Positions 59,397 to 64,000 of a stretch of DNA of 64,000 bases are shown piece by piece. Below the pieces are notes generated by a model that did no database searches, had not been told where the DNA came from, and worked only from the letters and a program-made list of their open reading frames with translations. Location: assembly GCA_963831935.1 (NCBI GenBank), contig CAWHSH010000003.1, positions 177,518 to 241,517 on the forward strand. Reading direction: 5' to 3'. The stretch is from an uncultured Bacteroidales bacterium (GTDB lineage Bacteria; Bacteroidota; Bacteroidia; Bacteroidales; VadinHA17). The translations under genes and the position numbers were made by a program. How positions within the stretch are numbered: position 1 is the stretch's first letter; each line of letters starts with the position of its first letter.

Positions 59397-60470
59397 ATGA
59401 CCGGCATTCGAAAAATAATCCATATTGATATGGATGCATTTTTTGCATCGGTCGAACAGTTGGACAATCCTGAATTGAGAGGAAAACCTGTGGCAGTCGG
59501 CGGCAGCGGACAACGCCATGTGGTTGCCGCCGCCAGTTATGAAGCCAGGAAATTCGGAATCCGGTCAGCAATGCCATCTGTTATTGCGAAGAAACTATGT
59601 CCTGAACTTATTTTTGTGAGGCACAGGTTTGAGAGGTATGCAGAAGTTTCGGAGCAGGTTTTTGAAATATTAAGGGAATATACAGATCTGATTGAACCGC
59701 TGTCGATTGATGAGGCATTTCTCGATGTATCATCAGACAAAAAGAAAATAGGATCGGCGACACTAATCGCCAGGGCAATAAAGCAGGAGATCAGGAAGAG
59801 GACAGGTCTGACGGCTTCAGCGGGTATTTCGTATAACAAGTTTCTGGCAAAGATTGCATCTGACATTAATAAACCTGATGGAATATTTCTTATACCTCCT
59901 GAAGATGCCGAAAAATTTATTGAAAAGCTTCCGGTAGAGAAGTTTTACGGAATTGGAAAGGTAACAGCAGAAAAGATGCATAAGCTTGGTATACATAATG
60001 GTTTTGACCTCAAGCAGCTTGACCTGCTTTCACTTATAAGGAATTTTGGAAAAGCGGGAAAGTTTTATTTTGAAATCGTAAGAGGTATTGATGACCGTCC
60101 CGTCGAGACTGAAACTGAACGTAAATCAATAGGGACTGAAATTACGTATGAAAAAGATCTGACTACCCGGTTTGAAATTATCGCAGAGCTTTATAAGCTG
60201 GAGCGGGAATTGATTGAACGGCTTAAACATACCGGCTCTGTAGGCAGGACTGTCACGATAAAAATCAAATTTGCAGATTTCAGACAGATCACCAGGAGCA
60301 GGACTTTGCAGCATTACATTCGTGATTTTGATACCCTTCACAGAGAAGTTACAGGAATCAGAAAATCACTTGAGCTCGAGGGTAATCCCATAAGATTACT
60401 GGGAGTCAGCATCTCTAACTTCGAATCGGATGACTGCGGTGACAAGCAACTTTACTTATTTGATGAGTAG
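59397..60470 (+). CDS. dinB: DNA polymerase IV (Y-family)
   Basis: 357-aa ORF. IIHIDMDAFFASVEQ, SIDEAFLDV and the AGISYNKFLAKIASD motif are typical of DinB. Confidence 0.9.
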   Translation: MTGIRKIIHIDMDAFFASVEQLDNPELRGKPVAVGGSGQRHVVAAASYEARKFGIRSAMPSVIAKKLCPELIFVRHRFERYAEVSEQVFEILREYTDLIEPLSIDEAFLDVSSDKKKIGSATLIARAIKQEIRKRTGLTASAGISYNKFLAKIASDINKPDGIFLIPPEDAEKFIEKLPVEKFYGIGKVTAEKMHKLGIHNGFDLKQLDLLSLIRNFGKAGKFYFEIVRGIDDRPVETETERKSIGTEITYEKDLTTRFEIIAELYKLERELIERLKHTGSVGRTVTIKIKFADFRQITRSRTLQHYIRDFDTLHREVTGIRKSLELEGNPIRLLGVSISNFESDDCGDKQLYLFDE

Positions 60471-60490
60471 GGGAGCGCATCCGCGTTCTT

Positions 60491-60971
60491 TTATCTGAAT
60501 TTACTTATTTTTCTTCCCGCAGGCTCTCTTGCAGAAAGTTGTGTCCAATTAATCAGTAACGTTTTTTCATTCTCAGAGAGCCTGGCATTTTTGTGCAGTA
60601 ACCTGTAGGATGGCAATGGCATGCCATTGTTGCTGATCTCATCACCAATTGCATCAAGCTTACTCTTCTGCCTTCTGGTGGAATACCCACCAAACTCGCT
60701 GAAATTCAAATCTTCTTTGGCTTTGGTTATATGGTTTGCCAGATACCAGCCTATCGGCTGAATATTCGAGTACCAGGGATAGTCAGTATTGTTGCTGTGG
60801 CAATCGTAACAAGCATTGCGTAAAATTACCTTAACACTATCAGCAACTGTTACCACCTTTGAAATATCGGTTGGCGATGCCTGTCCATTTTTGTTCCTGG
60901 GAGGCTGTATAAACTGAATAGCAACAACTATTATTCCAATTGCTGCCAGGATTTTCTTTTTTTTGCTTCAT
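60491..60971 (-). pseudogene. haem-binding-domain (CxxCH) protein, one homopolymer frame shift near the N-terminus
   Basis: ORF 60491..60856 carries CYDCHS. The upstream frame encodes a TM anchor. Deleting one base from the T8 run at 60957-60964 gives MKQKKKILAAIGIIVVAIQFIQPPRNKNG..VTVADSVKV from the ATG at 60971. Confidence 0.65.
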
Positions 60972-61162
60972 GGTTTTAATTCTTCTATAATTGTTCCACA
61001 GGTTGAAATTTCCTTACCAAAATAGGGATTTTTAATTTCCCTGGTTTCGCTTAGCCAAAAATTATAATCGGGCAAGGTTTTCGCAACTTCTGATCCTGAA
61101 CTGAGTGAACCCAAGTTTTCTGACCTCAAATTCGTCCATTGCCAGTCTTTTGTGTTCCATGA
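60968..61162 (-). pseudogene. short ORF or remnant carrying the WLSE-x3-I-x-NPY-x-G C-terminal motif
   Basis: My translation of the open frame reads ..SEVAKTLPDYNFWLSETREIKNPYFGKEISTCGTIIEELKP*. There is no in-frame start. An out-of-frame ATG at 61160 (MEHKRLAMDEFEV..) suggests one frame shift. The stop overlaps the next start as ATGA. Confidence 0.35.
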
Positions 61163-61271
61163 TTACTTTTGAATTAAGTTTTAGTCCTGATATTTATTTT
61201 CTTATAAGCCGGCCATACCTAGAGCAGGAGATTCATTTCCCCAATGGCTCTCTATATTTTGCCCATATTTA

Positions 61272-61394
61272 TTACTTTGGCTTGCTGCTTTGATTCACAA
61301 CTTTAACTATCAGCCAAATAATAACAACAAGACCGATAATACCTATAATCCATCCCCATCCCATTCCCCAACCGTTATTCATTCCGTTCATCAT
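61272..61394 (-). CDS. possible 40-aa Gly/Trp-rich single-TM protein
   Basis: My translation is MMNGMNNGWGMGWGWIIGIIGLVVIIWLIVKVVNQSSKPK*. It is below the ORF-track length cut-off and resembles small membrane peptides often found in metal-resistance loci. Support is weak. Confidence 0.3.
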   Translation of the reverse strand: MMNGMNNGWGMGWGWIIGIIGLVVIIWLIVKVVNQSSKPK

Positions 61395-61398
61395 AATA

Positions 61399-61700
61399 TT
61401 AAGTATTTAATTTTTCACTTTTAATAAACTTGTATTGATAGCAACAACAACTGTACTTGCCGTCATTAAAACAGCACCGGCAGCAGGACTTAACAAAATG
61501 CCCGGTTTGTATAGATACACCTGAAGCCAACGGTAATGCAATTACATTATAACCAGTTGCCCAGATAAGGCTTTGAATCATTTTGCGGTAAGTAGCTTTT
61601 CCAAATAAAATCAGACTAACTATATCTTTTGGATTGCTGTTTGCTAAAACAATCCCTGATGTTTCTTCTGCAATATCACTTCCAGACCCAACAGCAGTGC
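61399..61700 (-). pseudogene. 3' fragment of a heavy-metal P-type ATPase (5'-truncated, frame-shifted)
   Basis: The translation ..AVGSGSDIAEETSGIVLANSNPKDIVSLILFGKATYRKMIQSLIWATGYNVIALPLA matches the region after the hinge motif and the last TM helices of CopA/ZntA-type pumps. The frame then breaks (track ORF 61399..61581). No N-terminal 80 percent of the gene is present. Confidence 0.65.
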
Positions 61701-61744
61701 AATAAATACAATACCTATTCCTAACAGTATTTTTTTTGCAATGA

Positions 61745-62348
61745 TCAAGGTTGTTTAATTTCTTCTATAACTGAACCGCTTGTCAACATTGCTTTTCCCA
61801 TATATGGATTTTTAATTTCCTTCGTTTCGCTTAACCAAAAAGCACCTTTCCCATTATTAAACATTGGATCAAAATCTTTATACAAAACCTGACCACCACC
61901 AAATGCTTTTACCAGATCGTAAATGTCTTTGCTCAACAGTTCAAAATGTTCTCTTTGATGTTCAATATTTCCACCGTTAGCACCTATGTGCTCAGCATGT
62001 TCTTTTGCATCGGCTTCCACATCTTCATAAGTTTTCTTTTGAGCTGGGGTCAGCGAAGATTTATCGAAATTATTAAATGTTGTTTCCAGTTTCTTTCCAG
62101 CAGCTGCAGCACCGGTGGAATTGTCTTCAGTAAAGGCATTTTTCATTTGTAAATAAGCACCGATAATCTCTTTTAACGAAACAGTATTCAGTGTAACTGC
62201 CAAAGATGATGTTGTTTCTGATTCATTATTTGTCTGGAGTTTGGTCTGTGAATCTTTACTCCTGTTCTGGTTTTCCGTAGAATTGTTGCTATTGCAGAAT
62301 GCCAGAAGTTGTGGCCACTATTGCCAAGCCTGGAATTATGTTTTTCAT
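61745..62348 (-). pseudogene. DUF3347-like lipoprotein, one frame shift in the signal peptide
   Basis: ORF 61745..62203 extends in frame upstream to ..LLAFCNSNNSTENQ.. (a lipobox). The ATG at 62348 (MKNIIPGLAIVA..) is in another frame. The C-terminus is FWLSETKEIKNPYMGKAMLTSG. Confidence 0.6.
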
Positions 62349-62466
62349 TTTAAAATAATTTAGTTAGTAAAAATTAAATACCTAACGCTTAATATTCGCC
62401 TATTGTTCGTATTTCATTTTGTGTTTTTACTTTTCCATTCCATATCATGCTGAAAATTCTTTACTT

Positions 62467-64000
62467 CTAATAATTCAATGTTTCTTTAGTTTCTCCACAG
62501 TCAATCATTTTCTCTCCGAAATAGGGATTCCGGATTGCTTTAGATTCGCTAAGCCAATAAGCACCTTTTTTATCGAATGCCATCGGGCAAAACTGATAAT
62601 ACGCTGTTTTTCCCATTAAGCCAAAGGTTTTTATTGCTTTGTAAAACTGGTTGCTGAAAACTGAGAATGCGATACGTTGCTCTTCAATCTTTTCGGATGA
62701 TACAACTAACTTAATTTGTTTGTCCAGGTTTCCCGATACATCCATCCATTGCACGTGGGCATCGCCGGTAAGAAGTTTCATATCGACGTTAGCAAGTGCT
62801 TGCTGAACTTTTTGAGCAGCTAGTTTTACCTTCTTCACATCGCTTTGCACGAAGTCATCTTTTAAAAGAATGTACTTATCAAAGAGGATATTAAGCTGCA
62901 TTATAAAATCCATGCTTACATCAATTTTTACCAGCATTTCTGAAGGTTTGCCTGATGGTTGTTCATTTTTTATAATGCTCTTTGTTTTATTTCCTGTCAA
63001 ATCCATTCCGGTAATACTTGTGTCATTAACAGGTTTGGAATCACCGGGCATTACCATCCCAGGCATTGAAGAAGTTTTTCCTCCCTGAGGATTCATCATA
63101 CTTGGCTTGCCTTCAAGCTGGGCAGCAGCATCAACACTGAAAGTGCCATTGGTGACGATCTCTTCGCCTTCATTCAAACCATTTACTACAACATAGCTGT
63201 TCCCAAGAGAAGGTCCCAGTTCAATTTCTCTTATTTTAAAAACAGGTTCATTAATATCAGGCTGTTTTACATAAACAATAGAACGTGTCCCGGTCCAAAG
63301 AACAGCTGAACGTGGAATAACCAGTTTATTACGATATTGATCTAAATTGGCTTTAACAATACCGGTAGCAAACATTTCGGGTTTAAGCCGGCCCGACTCA
63401 TTATTTATTTCAACACGTACTTTTGCAACACGGGTTACGGGGTCAATAACAGGATCAATGAAAATAATTCTACCAGTAAAGTTTATGCCAGGCAGCGCCT
63501 GAATAGTAAAAGTAAGCCTGTCTCCGGTTTTAATGAAAGGCAGATCACTTTCGTAAGCATCGAACATGATCCATACATGCGACAGGTCGGTAACATCAAA
63601 AAGAACTGTTCCCTGGTCCACATGATCACCATTATTCACACGACGGGCAATAATTACTCCATTTGTATTTGACAGGATCTCAAAATCTTCCTTTCACTTT
63701 ACCTGAATTTTCAATATCTGCGATCTGTGAATCGGTAAGTTTCCATTGACGCAGCTTGTCTTTAGCTGCCTCATAAATTTCAGGTTGGATCTGCTTATTT
63801 TAGCTGCTTCGAGCAGCTCCTGCTGGGCTGTGATCAATTCAGGCGAATAAATAATTGCAAGCGGTTGTCCTTTATTTACCTTTTCCCCTGTAAAATTCAC
63901 CATCAGTTTTTCAATTCTTCCAGGCATATGCGAGACCTGGCTTTGAATAGAACGTTCATCTGCCTGCACCTTACCATAAAGGCGGACTTCTTTTACCGGT
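62467..64000 (-). pseudogene. efflux RND periplasmic adaptor (CusB/CzcB-like) with a C-terminal DUF3347-like domain; 2 frame shifts, N-terminus outside the window
   Basis: Pieces are 62467..63639, an unlisted piece (..KQIQPEIYEAAKDKLRQWKLTDSQIADIENSGKVK) and 63694..63969, continuing upstream to the window edge. The C-terminus is YWLSESKAIRNPYFGEKMIDCG. Confidence 0.7.

Noticed and set aside
1-64000. Prophage, integrative element, defence island or toxin-antitoxin content
   Set aside because: I recognised no integrase, transposase, restriction-modification, Cas, abortive-infection or capsid/terminase-like sequences in any frame. The only accessory-looking DNA is the two metal-efflux loci and the short repeats.

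Overview
The 64-kb window reads like the chromosome of an anaerobic Bacteroidota-type organism. Supporting signs are a TAnnTTTG-like promoter motif, DUF3127/DUF3347/LVIVD proteins, lipoprotein signal peptides and AT-rich intergenic DNA. I found no rRNA, tRNA, CRISPR array, transposase, integrase or phage genes. Gene content in order: heptose-phosphate genes (hldE-like, gmhA); MurNAc recycling (murQ plus a BadF-type sugar kinase); an Hdr-like Fe-S/flavoprotein cluster ending in a membrane-anchored HdrD-like protein; purL; dcp; a beta-propeller/phosphoesterase protein; two PPIases; mnmD-like; a czc-type metal efflux operon with a 1463-aa CzcA::TolC-like ORF; tkt. The dominant feature is an intact 13-kb, 18-gene minus-strand operon (32296-45273). 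It encodes an Mrp-antiporter-linked group 4 [NiFe]-hydrogenase that begins with a sulfhydrogenase/AsrAB-like NAD(P)H module. A TGTGA-N6-TCACA box and a divergent rex gene sit directly upstream. Downstream lie hypFCDEAB, a trimeric NuoE/NuoF/HydA-type [FeFe]-hydrogenase, a nitrilase-family gene, dinB and a decayed second metal-resistance locus. Many genes are broken by frame shifts: hyp, hdr-like, purL, dcp, the [FeFe]-hydrogenase and nitrilase genes, among others. Several breaks are repaired by deleting one base from a short homopolymer (mostly A/T runs), so assembly indels are the likeliest cause. The breaks are very unevenly distributed, with none in the 13-kb hydrogenase operon and about 17 in the 5.6-kb hyp operon. 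Several short dispersed repeat families populate intergenic DNA, including sites inside the hydrogenase operon. All calls rest on my own reading and translation of the sequence; no database search was run.
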